The position numbers and the translations under genes are program-made. Shown here in pieces: positions 40,041 through 50,124 of a stretch of DNA of 64,000 bases; the stretch's first letter is position 1; every line of letters begins with the position of its first letter. The notes beneath the pieces were generated by a model that saw nothing but the letters and a program-made list of their open reading frames with translations, was not told where the DNA came from and did not search any database. The stretch is from Thermoplasmata archaeon (GTDB lineage Archaea; Thermoplasmatota; Thermoplasmata; Lutacidiplasmatales; UBA184), in assembly GCA_022749895.1 (NCBI GenBank), contig JAKIWS010000007.1:3089-67088 (forward strand). The letters are read 5' to 3'.

Positions 40041-40605
40041 GTTCGCCCGACCCGGACGGCGGGGCTCGAGAACGAGTCCGCCGTCACCCGGCCCCCAGGT
40101 GGGGCCGGTCGGCGCTGGGCTAACCCCAGCGAACGGTGTATACGAGGGTCCGGCCTTCGAGGGCCGCGCGCGCACGCGCGGTGTCGACGAACGTTGCGAA
40201 CTCCGCGGCCGCTGCAGGACTCAAGCGCGGTCGGATCCCGACGCCGCGAGGGCTCCCGGTGCCGAGGATGGAGCGGGGGCGCGGAGGTCCGGGTGGGTTG
40301 ATGAACGAATCAGCGGGGGAGCGGTTCACCGGCGCCCCCAGTTGACCGCGCGTTCGATCAGTTGCTGGTACGAGGTCCCCTCCGGGATGCGCGGGATGTA
40401 GGCGAGAGGTGAGGACGTATCCAGGTCCGGTTCTTCCGGAGCGCCGAGAGCGGCGAGTGGGATCAACGACGACTTGGTCACGGCCACGTATATCCCCTCC
40501 AATTGTCAGACAGATGTCGTACATAAAGCCCAAAGCTCCTCAGGAAGGTAGGGGGTTGGGTTGGACTCCCTCTCGGAGATCCGCGGCCGACAAATGGCCG
40601 ACACA

Positions 40606-40632
40606 CCCCCCCATTTCCACTGGAAAAGGGGG
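40606..40632 (-). promoter_or_regulatory. ORB-like element (origin recognition box), near-palindromic
   Basis: Minus strand reads TTTTCCAGTGGAAATGGGGGGG; resembles the archaeal ORB TTCCAGTGGAAA + G-string. Confidence 0.65.
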
Positions 40633-40783
40633 CATCCCCCTCCCCCACCGACCGCCGGTTCTTCGAGGCGCTTCGGCTCCGATCCAGGGAGAGTGCGTTC
40701 CCCAACCACGGTAGGAAGTCGGAGAACGTTGAAGTAGCCGTGCCCCGTCGTCCGACTCCCCAGCTCCGGGGGCGGAAACAGGC

Positions 40784-42946
40784 ATGCGACGCGAAGAGTC
40801 CGAAGAGCGAAACCCCAGCCGGCAGCGTCGGCGAGCCTCGTTCTGGGTGCTGCTCGTCATGGTGGTCGAGATCGGATCGTTCATGGCCGTCGGTGGCACC
40901 TCGGCCAGCCTGTCGTCCCACCTCGCTGCCTCGCCACGCCAGTCGACCCATGCCGTGGGGGCGGCGGAGACGTCGGCCGCGGTCGGATCGCTAGCGGCCG
41001 GTGGCGGCCCCGCTGGGGGCGATCCCGCCGCCTGCAACGTCGGAACCGATGGGGTCTCGGGTCAGTGCAGCCTTGGGGCTCCGACGGTCCCCCGCCCCTC
41101 CGCGTCTCCGTTGATCGCGACGACCCCTTCGTGGAATCTGGTGCCGCCTCACATTCCGCCGGCGCGGGAACTCGCGGCCATGACGTTCGACGCCAAGGAT
41201 CACTACGACCTACTCTTCGGAGGCTACGTCTCCGCCACGAACACCTTCCTCAACGACACTTGGACGTACTCGTCCGGCACGTGGGTCCAGCGGCATCCCA
41301 CGGTTTCTCCCCCGGTGCGCGCCGGCGCCGCGATGGCCTACGACGCGTCGGATCACTACGTCCTTCTCTACGGGGGCGTGGGGACGACGGTCGCCCTGTC
41401 CGGAACGTGGAAGTACAGCGGCGGGAACTGGAAGTCTGTAGCCACCGGGACCAGCCCCGGCCCTCTCGCCTACGCGAGCATGGCCTACGACGCCAACGAC
41501 AGTGCGATCGTCCTGTTTGGAGGGTACAACGCGACCGGGGGCAGCTCGGGAGCCACCTGGAAGTTCCACGCCGGAGTCTGGACGAACGTGACTCCCAATC
41601 CCTCTCCCAGTGCCCGCTTTGGGTCGAGCATGGCGTACGACGCCAAGGACGGTTGGGTGGTCCTCTTCGGTGGAGTCTCCGGCCTAACGACGATGGGGGA
41701 CGGATGGAACTTCTCCCACGGCCACTGGAATTCCCTCCCGGCCTCCGGTGCACCGCCCGCCCGCGAGTTTGCCGCCTTGGCGTACAGCACCGCCGACGGC
41801 GTCTTGGTCCTGACGAGTGGGGTGAACATCAACAACCAGCACACACCGGACACATGGACGTTCGTGGCCCAAGTGTGGACCAAGATGGGACCCGCGTTTC
41901 ATCCTTCAACGCGATTCGCCGCATCGGCCGCCGACGGTCCGTCGGGTTCAACGCTCCTCCTCTTCGGCGGGCACCGCCCCACGGGGGCTGACATGAACGA
42001 TACATGGAGCTACACCACGAACTCCTGGCACCCCCTCATACCCCAGCTTCCCGCGGTTCGAAGCCGGGCTTCGATGGTCTACGATGAGGCGGACGGGTAC
42101 GTCCTCCTGTTCGGCGGGGTCCATGGCTCGGCCCCTGTTGCGTTGTACGGCGATACGTGGACGTTCGGTCACGGGATTTGGAAGCATCTGCACACCGCGG
42201 TCTCCCCGCCGCCCCGATACGGCGAGGTGATGGCGTACGATCCGGTCGATGGGTACGTCGTGCTCTTTGGCGGGAGCATCGCCTCCGCCAACGTCGAATT
42301 GTCGGACACGTGGACCTTTGTCGGAGGCGTGTGGAGCCAACTCATCCTCTCCCCGTCGGCCACGCCGCCCGGGCTCGTCGGGGCGTCGATGACCTACGAC
42401 GTGGCGGACGGCTACCTGCTACTTTTCGGCGGCAAGAACTTTACCGCGGCCCTCTACTCGAACCAGACCTGGACGTTCAGCAGCGGAGCGTGGACCGAGC
42501 TTTTTCCGGCCTCCGCCCCACCCTCGGTGAACGAGGGCAGCTCCATGGTCTACGATTCCTCCGACGGTCTTGTCGTGTGGTTCGGGTGGATCAACACGGG
42601 CGGTTTCACCGGAGTTCCCAAGACATGGGAATACTCTGCCGGGGTTTGGATTGACCGGACCGGCATCCAGACGTCGAGCCCTCTTGCTCGGTACGGGGCC
42701 GTCATGGTCGACGACAGTTTCGATGGCTATGTGCTGCTGTTCGGAGGTCGGTCGTCGGCGAATGCCTCCGTCTACAACGATACCTGGAGCTTCGGCCTCC
42801 ACCGATGGTCGCCGCTGACCCCCATGGTTCACCCGTCGGCGAGGTGGTTCGGGGAGGGCGTCTATGACGCGGCGGACAACAAGGTCGTCCTCCTCGGCGG
42901 AGTCACGGCTCCGACAACCTACCAGACCGACACCTGGACGTACTGA
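40784..42946 (+). CDS. Secreted kelch-like repeat beta-propeller protein
   Basis: Signal/TM segment then about 12 repeats of R...M.YD..DGYVLLFGG...DTW. Confidence 0.88.
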   Translation: MRREESEERNPSRQRRRASFWVLLVMVVEIGSFMAVGGTSASLSSHLAASPRQSTHAVGAAETSAAVGSLAAGGGPAGGDPAACNVGTDGVSGQCSLGAPTVPRPSASPLIATTPSWNLVPPHIPPARELAAMTFDAKDHYDLLFGGYVSATNTFLNDTWTYSSGTWVQRHPTVSPPVRAGAAMAYDASDHYVLLYGGVGTTVALSGTWKYSGGNWKSVATGTSPGPLAYASMAYDANDSAIVLFGGYNATGGSSGATWKFHAGVWTNVTPNPSPSARFGSSMAYDAKDGWVVLFGGVSGLTTMGDGWNFSHGHWNSLPASGAPPAREFAALAYSTADGVLVLTSGVNINNQHTPDTWTFVAQVWTKMGPAFHPSTRFAASAADGPSGSTLLLFGGHRPTGADMNDTWSYTTNSWHPLIPQLPAVRSRASMVYDEADGYVLLFGGVHGSAPVALYGDTWTFGHGIWKHLHTAVSPPPRYGEVMAYDPVDGYVVLFGGSIASANVELSDTWTFVGGVWSQLILSPSATPPGLVGASMTYDVADGYLLLFGGKNFTAALYSNQTWTFSSGAWTELFPASAPPSVNEGSSMVYDSSDGLVVWFGWINTGGFTGVPKTWEYSAGVWIDRTGIQTSSPLARYGAVMVDDSFDGYVLLFGGRSSANASVYNDTWSFGLHRWSPLTPMVHPSARWFGEGVYDAADNKVVLLGGVTAPTTYQTDTWTY

Positions 42947-43102
42947 TCATGGATCGGCGGCGAGGGTGAGGCGGACCGCGCGACCTTGGTCGCCTCTCTG
43001 AAGTTCGTTCGCCGACAACGGGACGGCCCCCTGGCTCGGCCCGTACCTGCCTGGAGCGCGCTCCGGAGGGTCGGCGCCTCGGGGTGGTGGGTGACGGGGG
43101 TG

Positions 43103-43122
43103 CCCCCATTTCCACTGGAAAA
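43103..43122 (-). promoter_or_regulatory. Second ORB-like element
   Basis: 20 bp identical to 40608-40627 (CCCCCATTTCCACTGGAAAA). Confidence 0.6.
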
Positions 43123-43295
43123 ATGATTTCCTGGCTTCCGGCGAAACGCTGGCGGGATGGCCCGACTCCCCGCTGCAAAGGCAACGCGAGCGCGCTCCCG
43201 GCCCTCTCCCCGCCGCGACGGGGCGCTTGCCGAGCCCTCGAAGCTGCCTGGGTCCAGTGGCGAACAAGGATAATCTAGGAAACGCTCGACCGCCG

Positions 43296-43916
43296 ATGGC
43301 CGGTTTGAGTCCGACGGCGCAGAACCTGGTTGAGGCACTTGCCAATCGTCCGTTGCTCCTCATGAAAATGAGGATACTTTCGCTCGGAAAGAACTACGAC
43401 GTCATGGACGAGCAGAAAAACGTTCTCTGCACAATCGGTCTGGACGCCGGCCAAAATGTCACCGGTTCCCTCGTGAAGGGCGCGGTCTCCTCGTTGGCGG
43501 GGGACTACGTTGGCCGGTGGGCCGCGCGGTCCATGAAGTACACGTACACGGTCAAGGACGCGGCGGGCCAGGTCGCGATGACCATCAACAAGGGCTCGGG
43601 GGGCAACAAGGCGCTCTTCGACCTCGTGGATACGGGCTCGAACGTCGCGATCGGGACTATTCAGATGAAACGCGGCCTCATCGGGGGCCTCAAGGCGACG
43701 TGGGTCGCCCCCGGGGGCCAGACCACCATGATGACCAAGGGGAACATCATCCGCCGCAAGTACCGGATCGTCGATCCGGCGGGACGGGAGATCGGGCACG
43801 TGCGGCACAAGATCCTGGCCATTCGCGATGTCTGGCAGCTCCAGCTCGAGGCCGGGATCAACCACCTGTACGGCGCGATCTTCGCGGCGATCCTCGATTT
43901 CGAAAAGAAGATGTAG
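43296..43916 (+). CDS. LURP-one/scramblase-like protein
   Basis: Tubby-like pattern: Y.V.D..G, KGNII.R.Y.I.D..G.EIG, IRD.W.L. Confidence 0.7.
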   Translation: MAGLSPTAQNLVEALANRPLLLMKMRILSLGKNYDVMDEQKNVLCTIGLDAGQNVTGSLVKGAVSSLAGDYVGRWAARSMKYTYTVKDAAGQVAMTINKGSGGNKALFDLVDTGSNVAIGTIQMKRGLIGGLKATWVAPGGQTTMMTKGNIIRRKYRIVDPAGREIGHVRHKILAIRDVWQLQLEAGINHLYGAIFAAILDFEKKM

Positions 43917-44099
43917 GTCGCTGGTCAAGGGGCGCCGACGGGCCCACGTTTCCACCTTCGCCGGCCCCCCTACGTCCATCGCCTCTCCCCATCTCGCCCC
44001 GCCCGCTGAGCCGGAAGAGTGCGGGCTCGAGCCTCGCCGGCCGAGCAGGTCATCTCGAATCCACTCCGGCCCCAAATACGCCCCCGCCGTTGATTGCGC

Positions 44100-44693
44100 A
44101 TGCATCCGAGCGCACGCGTCTCCGAGATCATGACCCAACCGGTGATTCGCGTCCGCCCCGACGTACGCTTGGCCGAGGCCGCCCGACTGATGCGGGAGCA
44201 CCACATTTCCGGCCTGCCCGTCACGGATAGCGACGACCGATTGGTCGGGATCATCAGCGAGATCGACATCCTGCGCACCCTCCACAAGGCCGCCGGTATC
44301 GCGAGCCCGCGGGGCATCCTCGGCCTCGTGCTGGAGGCATCTCCGGCCACCGGACCTGGCCTACTCGATGTCTGCCGACGTCGGCTCGAGAATGGCCTGG
44401 TAGCGGAATCGATGACCGAGCGCGTGACGACGATCGATCCCGAGACGAGCCTGGGGGAAGCGGCGCGGCTCATCCAACTCAACGGCGTGAATCGACTCCC
44501 CGTGATCGACGTCGAGCGGCGCGTGGTGGGTATCGTCACGCGCTTCAACCTGGTCGAGGCGATTTCGGGCAAGCCGCGTGCCTCCCGAGGGCGTCTCGCA
44601 CCCAAAGATCGGGCCCCGGCGCCGAAGGTGGGCAGCGCGGTGGCCGGTCGGCGTAGCGAGGAACGCCACCAACGAATCTGGGGCGGAGTCTGA
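44100..44693 (+). CDS. CBS-domain protein
   Basis: IMT.PV, ISGLPV.D, VNRLPV.D..VVGIVTR. Confidence 0.88.
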   Translation: MHPSARVSEIMTQPVIRVRPDVRLAEAARLMREHHISGLPVTDSDDRLVGIISEIDILRTLHKAAGIASPRGILGLVLEASPATGPGLLDVCRRRLENGLVAESMTERVTTIDPETSLGEAARLIQLNGVNRLPVIDVERRVVGIVTRFNLVEAISGKPRASRGRLAPKDRAPAPKVGSAVAGRRSEERHQRIWGGV

Positions 44694-45275
44694 GACCTCT
44701 CCCGGCCCGGCTTCCCGACGCCTCGACCTCGGCCATCGCCCTCCGCGACCCGGTCCGGCCGGACACGATTCGGGAATTCGAAGCTCGAAGGCTCCCGCTT
44801 TGGTGGACGGGAAGACGGGACGTTCCCACGCGCGGGTCGCGAAACCCAGGAGGTTAGCAGGTGGGTCCGGAGGGGCTGACGACCCTGCTACGGGGCCAAT
44901 TCGGGGGCAGATCTCGATGGAGCCACCGATAGTCAGCCGTGCCCTGATCGTGGTCGATGACCTCTCCGGTACGACGGCCGAGGTCGTCGAAGCCTCTGCG
45001 CGTGGAGCGCGTCGGGTCCCCTGGGTCGAGGCCCGGCGCGGGAGCCACGCGACGGTCCGGCGGGGTGTTGGCCCGTATCGTGCATAGTCGACGCCGGTTC
45101 GTCCGGGGCGATCGGGAGCGGTTCACCCGCACCGCCGAGTAGCTAGCCGGAGATCGCTCGCCCCCCTACCGGCGTTGCTCCCGCTGTCGTTGGTTCGGCG
45201 GCCGCCAGTGGGTCAACTCGTCTCGACCTGTGCATTATCTACCCGTCGAACGGGATGGGTGGCCGAGGGACCACC

Positions 45276-45869
45276 ATGGCTTCCGAAAGCGAAACGCCGA
45301 AAAGTTTGTGGGCAAGATACGCGTCGTCGATCAAGACACTGTTCCGGGTGCTGTTCGGAGCGGTGTGGCTGCTGGCGGGCTACTTCAAGTTCGTACCTGG
45401 CTTCGCGGCCAACTTCACGGTCGCGAACGGCAGCACGCAGCCGGTCTGGCTCCAGGGCTGGTTCGGCTGGTGGGCGGGGATCGTGAACCCCAACCCCGTT
45501 CCGTGGGTCTACCTGGTCGGGACGCTCGAGGTCCTCATCGGACTCGCGCTGATCTTCGGATTCATGCGCAAGCTCGCCTACGTGGGCGCTGGGCTCCTCG
45601 CGTTGTTCATCTGGGCGGTCCCCGAAGGATTCGGCGGGCCGTACGGCGGCGGCACGAACACCGACATCGGCACGGGATTCGTCTACTCGATGCTGGCGGT
45701 CTCGCTCCTGATCATCAACGGGGTCTATGGACCGAGCCGCTGGAGCCTCGACTACTACATCGAGCGCTACTGGCCGAAGTGGGCGAAGCTCGCCGAAGTG
45801 AACGCCAAGGCGGTCACCCCGAACGTCCCGCCCGCGGCCACCTCCGAACCCGCACGGAGCGCAGCCTGA
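45276..45869 (+). CDS. DoxX/DoxD (TQO small subunit)-like membrane protein
   Basis: RVLFG.VWL.AGYFK, EVLIGLALIFG, EGFGGPY..TDIG, SLD. Confidence 0.75.
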   Translation: MASESETPKSLWARYASSIKTLFRVLFGAVWLLAGYFKFVPGFAANFTVANGSTQPVWLQGWFGWWAGIVNPNPVPWVYLVGTLEVLIGLALIFGFMRKLAYVGAGLLALFIWAVPEGFGGPYGGGTNTDIGTGFVYSMLAVSLLIINGVYGPSRWSLDYYIERYWPKWAKLAEVNAKAVTPNVPPAATSEPARSAA

Positions 45870-45977
45870 ACAAGAACGCCAGCGGAGGCCGGGCGAGCCT
45901 ACCGCGCTCGGCCTCCCCCGCCCCCCCGGTTCTCGGAACGGTCCCCGGGGACCGGGGAAGCCATGTGCCTCAGGGGG

Positions 45978-47039
45978 CTAAGGCGAGGCCGGACCGGAAG
46001 CTTTCTCGGACGCCGGCGACATCGGGAGCGCCGCGCTCGCCGACGGTGCGGAGGCGGCGAGAGAGTCCCATCGTGCGAGCAGATGGAGCGTCTCCTCGCC
46101 CCGGTGGGAGATTCGATACTCGTCCCCGAGGTGCCCCAAGAGGCCTTCGTCGACCAGGCGACGCAGATGGAACGCGAGCTTCGGAGAGTCGTCCAGACCG
46201 GCAGCTTGCAGGGCCTGCGTGAAGGAGATCGGTCCCTCGCCGGCCCGCTGGAGGACGGAGCGCCGGATGGGGTTCGATAGCGCTTCCATCGTCGAGCGGG
46301 TGGCGGGCCCGGCCAGCGCCGCCTGCAACTCCTCCCCCTCGGCCGCGGAGATCTTCGCCGGGTCGAACGTCACGACGAGCGGTCCCCGCTCGCCCAGCGT
46401 TTCGCGGATGGAGCGGACGAACCGGACCAGCCCCGCGCGCGCGTCTCCGTCGAAATACCGGTCGACGCCCTCGATCAGGATGCCCGGCTTCGGATGGTTC
46501 GGGAGGAAGCTCTCCACGCCGTCCCGGACCAGCGACGCCTCCGCCGGCGAGTCGAAGACCGTTACGCCCTTCTGGGGGGGCGCCGGTCCGTGACGGACCC
46601 GAAGGACCTCGAGGCCCTCCTCAGTCCATCGTCGAACGATCGCTTCGAGGTGGGCCGACGGCTCACCCCGTCCCTGGAACCGGATCTCCCGGGCGGCCAG
46701 AGCGAGCGTCTTCTGGACCTGGTCGATTCGGAACGGCTTCTGGATGTAGTCGAAGGCGCCCATCTTCATCGCGTCGACCGCGGTGTCGACCGTCGCAAAG
46801 CCGGTGATCATGACGACGAGCGTCCGGGGCCAGCGGCCCCGCACTTCTCGCAGGAGCTCGAGCCCGCTGTGCCGCGGCATCTTAAGGTCGGTAAAGACGA
46901 GGTCGGGGGGGTCGACCGCGAGCGCCTCGAGCGCCCGAGGGACCGACGGCGCGATCCCGACCTCGTGGCCGTCTTGTTCCAGGAGGTCCGCGAGCTCCTG
47001 ACGGAACACCGCGTCGTCGTCGACCACGAGAAGGCGCAT
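45978..47039 (-). CDS. Response regulator (REC plus central domain plus winged HTH)
   Basis: VVDDD, TDLKMP, ITG, YIQKPF; C-terminal ALSNPIRR...FHLRRL..GL. Confidence 0.88.
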   Translation of the reverse strand: MRLLVVDDDAVFRQELADLLEQDGHEVGIAPSVPRALEALAVDPPDLVFTDLKMPRHSGLELLREVRGRWPRTLVVMITGFATVDTAVDAMKMGAFDYIQKPFRIDQVQKTLALAAREIRFQGRGEPSAHLEAIVRRWTEEGLEVLRVRHGPAPPQKGVTVFDSPAEASLVRDGVESFLPNHPKPGILIEGVDRYFDGDARAGLVRFVRSIRETLGERGPLVVTFDPAKISAAEGEELQAALAGPATRSTMEALSNPIRRSVLQRAGEGPISFTQALQAAGLDDSPKLAFHLRRLVDEGLLGHLGDEYRISHRGEETLHLLARWDSLAASAPSASAALPMSPASEKASGPASP

Positions 47040-47122
47040 CGCGCCCGACGATGGATGACACCCGTGATAGACGTTGCGTTAGCGGGGTTGAGCGAACCGC
47101 TCGGGCGGGCCCGGAGGAACTC

Positions 47123-48574
47123 TCACGTCGGCGCCGGATGGTCGGTGGCCGCCAGAGGGAGGACAACCAGGAAGCTCGCACCTCCCTCCGGACCATTGCG
47201 GGCGAGGATCGACCCGTGGTGCGTCTGGACGATCCCGTGGCAGATCGCGAGCCCGAGGCCGGTGCCCTGCCCCTCGGCCTTCGTCGTGTAGAACGGCTCG
47301 AAGATGTGCGGCAAGGCGTCGGACGAGATTCCCGGCCCACTATCGAGGACTTCGACCTCGGCGTCGTCGCCTTGCCGCCGCACCTCAAGGAGAACGCGTC
47401 CCTTGCCCTGGACGGCATCGCAGGCGTTGTTCAGGAGGTTCATGACCACCTGCATGAGCTGACCACGGTCACCGAAGACCAGGACCACTTCCCCGGGCAC
47501 GTGGACGACGAACTCCACGTTCTCCGACTGCTTACCCCGAAGGAACTCGACCGCTTGGCCGGCGACCTCGCGCAGGTCGAGCCGGACCATCTGAGGTTCG
47601 GAGCGCCGGGCGAAATCGAGAAGCCCGCGGACGATCTTGGCGGCGACCTCGACCTGGGAGGAGATCGTGTCGAGACGACCCCTCGTCCACGGGTCGTCGA
47701 GCTTGCGTCGGAGGCTCTCGGTGGCGAGCATGACGTTGGCGAGCGGAGTGTTGATCTCGTGCGCGACCCCCGCGGCGAGTTGGCCCACGGACGCGAGGCG
47801 CTCGGCGTGCCCTGCGACCCGTTCCCACGCCTTCTGTTCGAGTAGGTCGACCGCTACCCCGAGGTAGTGAGTCGTCACGCCGGCGTCGTCTTTGATGGCC
47901 GTGATGGTGAGGAACACCGGCCGCTCCCGACCCTTCCGGTCGCGGTTTTGGAGCTCGCCGGACCAGTAGCCCCGCTCGGGGTCGAGGAGGTCGGCCCACA
48001 TCCGAGCGAAGAACTCGGGGGGAGAGTTCCGACCGCGCACGAGGTTCGGCTTCCGGCCGACGCACTCGGCGCGCGAGTAGCCGTAGATCCGTTCGAAGGC
48101 GGGATTCACGTCGACCAGAATGCCGGCCGCGTCCGTGATTTCGATGGCGTTGGTGGAGGTCAGGAACGAGGAGTAGAACAGATGGACCTGGCGGTGCTCT
48201 TCGACCCGTTCGGTCGCGTCGTGAAGGACCACCACGGCGCGGGCAACCCCGTCGGCGGTCGGCACGAGCGCGCGGACATCGATGTCCAAGTAGACCCCAC
48301 CCGGGCGGCTCCGATGGCGGGCGCGGATCGAGCGGAACGTGGACGGCGAGCCGTCCGTCAACGCTCGGTCGATCGCGTCGCGTACCGTCGGCGCCAGGCT
48401 TCCCTCCTCCTCCCCGAGCTCGTGGACGTCGCGGCCGATGATGGTCGAATCGCGACCGGACGTCTCGAAGTACGCGGGGTTCGCGTACCGGATTCGTCCG
48501 GGGGCCTCGATCACGGCAATGCCCACGGGTGCCTGGGCGAGGATCGCCCCGGGGTCATGCAGCGGGTCGGACAT
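47123..48574 (-). CDS. PAS-PAS sensor histidine kinase (soluble)
   Basis: Two PAS domains, AHEINTPL H-box, NLLNNA, DSGPG, FEPF, GTGLGL. Confidence 0.92.
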   Translation of the reverse strand: MSDPLHDPGAILAQAPVGIAVIEAPGRIRYANPAYFETSGRDSTIIGRDVHELGEEEGSLAPTVRDAIDRALTDGSPSTFRSIRARHRSRPGGVYLDIDVRALVPTADGVARAVVVLHDATERVEEHRQVHLFYSSFLTSTNAIEITDAAGILVDVNPAFERIYGYSRAECVGRKPNLVRGRNSPPEFFARMWADLLDPERGYWSGELQNRDRKGRERPVFLTITAIKDDAGVTTHYLGVAVDLLEQKAWERVAGHAERLASVGQLAAGVAHEINTPLANVMLATESLRRKLDDPWTRGRLDTISSQVEVAAKIVRGLLDFARRSEPQMVRLDLREVAGQAVEFLRGKQSENVEFVVHVPGEVVLVFGDRGQLMQVVMNLLNNACDAVQGKGRVLLEVRRQGDDAEVEVLDSGPGISSDALPHIFEPFYTTKAEGQGTGLGLAICHGIVQTHHGSILARNGPEGGASFLVVLPLAATDHPAPT

Positions 48575-48676
48575 CGGTGCCCCGCAGCGCACCGCGGCGG
48601 AAAACACCGGGCCCGGGGTGAACCCGAGTTGACCCCGGATTCATCCCCGCTCCCCAGGTCGGTTCCCGCGTAGACG

Positions 48677-49054
48677 TTGCCCGATGTCCTTGTCGTCGCG
48701 GAGTCCCCGAGCCTCGGCTCGGCCATCTACGAGCTGGTCCGGGCCGGAGGGCTCGCGGCGACCGCGGTCGCCGACCTCGCCGACGCAATCCTAGCGTACG
48801 ATGGGTCGACCGTCGATCGGCCGCGTGTGCTTGTCTCGGCGTCGGCGAGCCGGAAATGCCAGACCGCGGCGGTTTGGAACGCCGGCCCGCTCTCGACGAC
48901 GCCGCTTATCGTGGTGGGGGACCGGGACTTGGACCTCCCGGGGGCCGATAGAATCCATTTCGTCACGTTTCCCCTGTCGCCCCCTCGGCTCCTCGATCTT
49001 GTCCGCCGACTCGTGAATCGAACCGAAGTCGAACCGGCGCCCCCGGAATCGTAA
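48677..49054 (+). CDS. Degenerate receiver-like protein
   Basis: REC-like beta/alpha spacing without the phospho-Asp; divergent from the kinase. Confidence 0.5.
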   Translation: MPDVLVVAESPSLGSAIYELVRAGGLAATAVADLADAILAYDGSTVDRPRVLVSASASRKCQTAAVWNAGPLSTTPLIVVGDRDLDLPGADRIHFVTFPLSPPRLLDLVRRLVNRTEVEPAPPES

Positions 49055-49110
49055 CCGCGGGGCACCGCCGGAGACCGGGCTCGCGAGGGCGTGAGCGACC
49101 GACCCCGAGA

Positions 49111-49341
49111 CTAGAGGACCGCTTCGGGGTAGGGACGGAAGGGGAGTTGACCCGGCCGAAAATGCCCCGCCCCGGTCGAGCACTTCGCCTTCACGGCCGA
49201 AAGGTGGTCGGCGCAGGCGAAATGGCGCTGGCCGTCCGCGTCGGCCACCACGCCTCGCGCCGGGCGGCCGCAGATCGCGACGGTCCAGGCCTCGTCCGCG
49301 AGACTGACCCACTCGCAGGCGGGGTGGTTCGACGGCCTCAT
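49111..49341 (-). CDS. Small Cys/His protein, paralog of 10355-10582
   Basis: HPACEWV, CGRPARG, ACADH, RPYPE. Confidence 0.7.
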   Translation of the reverse strand: MRPSNHPACEWVSLADEAWTVAICGRPARGVVADADGQRHFACADHLSAVKAKCSTGAGHFRPGQLPFRPYPEAVL

Positions 49342-49489
49342 CGTTGGGTCCACCGCATCCTTGCATGCTGCCTTGAGGTGGATAAGCGTCAGGTCAACCC
49401 CGGTAGACCTCGGAAGGTTCCGCGGGCGCTCCTTCCTCCATCGGTCGGCGGGCCAAGCCGCATAACCGCGCCGCACCTGCGGGCGATCG

Positions 49490-50002
49490 ATGGGGCCCGA
49501 GCCGCTCTACACGCTGCGCTTCGTCTACCCCGACAGCTGGCAGGTCGATCTCCGGGGCGAGGGCGGAACGGAGGAGGAGCACTTCTTGTTCGCCGAAGGC
49601 AGCTGCCAGGGCCGTATCACGGGGCGTTTCCGCGGCGCAAACCATCCGCGCCGGCGAACCGATCGTACGGCGGTCATGAACCTCCAGGGATTCATCGAGA
49701 CCCCGGACCCCGCGCTGATCCTCGTCGATCTCCAGGGGTATGGTCGCTCGTTCGCGCGCTCGCAAGAGCTGTACGCGGCGGCCGGGTTGTCGTCCGAGGC
49801 TACCGGATCGCGGCGACAGGTGGTCGGGTTCGCGCGGCATGTCAGCGAGCACGCGAAGTACCGATGGCTCAACGACGCGGTCTGCTCGATCGTTGGTGAG
49901 GTCCGCTCGCCGGTGGGAGTACCGTCCGACAAGATCAAACAGGCGGACGTTCGCTTGGTCTTCAGCGTCACGGAGATGATCTGGGAGCCGCCTCCCGAGT
50001 AG
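49490..50002 (+). CDS. DUF3237-like hypothetical protein
   Basis: EPLY, EG...GRI.G, R.D, ET.D.A.I, Y.WLN pattern. Confidence 0.55.
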   Translation: MGPEPLYTLRFVYPDSWQVDLRGEGGTEEEHFLFAEGSCQGRITGRFRGANHPRRRTDRTAVMNLQGFIETPDPALILVDLQGYGRSFARSQELYAAAGLSSEATGSRRQVVGFARHVSEHAKYRWLNDAVCSIVGEVRSPVGVPSDKIKQADVRLVFSVTEMIWEPPPE

Positions 50003-50124
50003 GCGCCACTCGGAGCGGACGCCCCCACGGATTCACCGGCAAGTTCCGCCGGCACGAACCCTCGTGTCACCCCCATGAGGAGCGAGGGCTCCGATCGAGC
50101 CATGGGGCAGGGCGAGGCAACCTG

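Noticed and set aside
44700-45250. Short ORFs or ncRNA between the CBS and DoxX genes (and at 40120-40400)
   Set aside because: No recognisable protein, SRP or RNase P motifs; unsupported.
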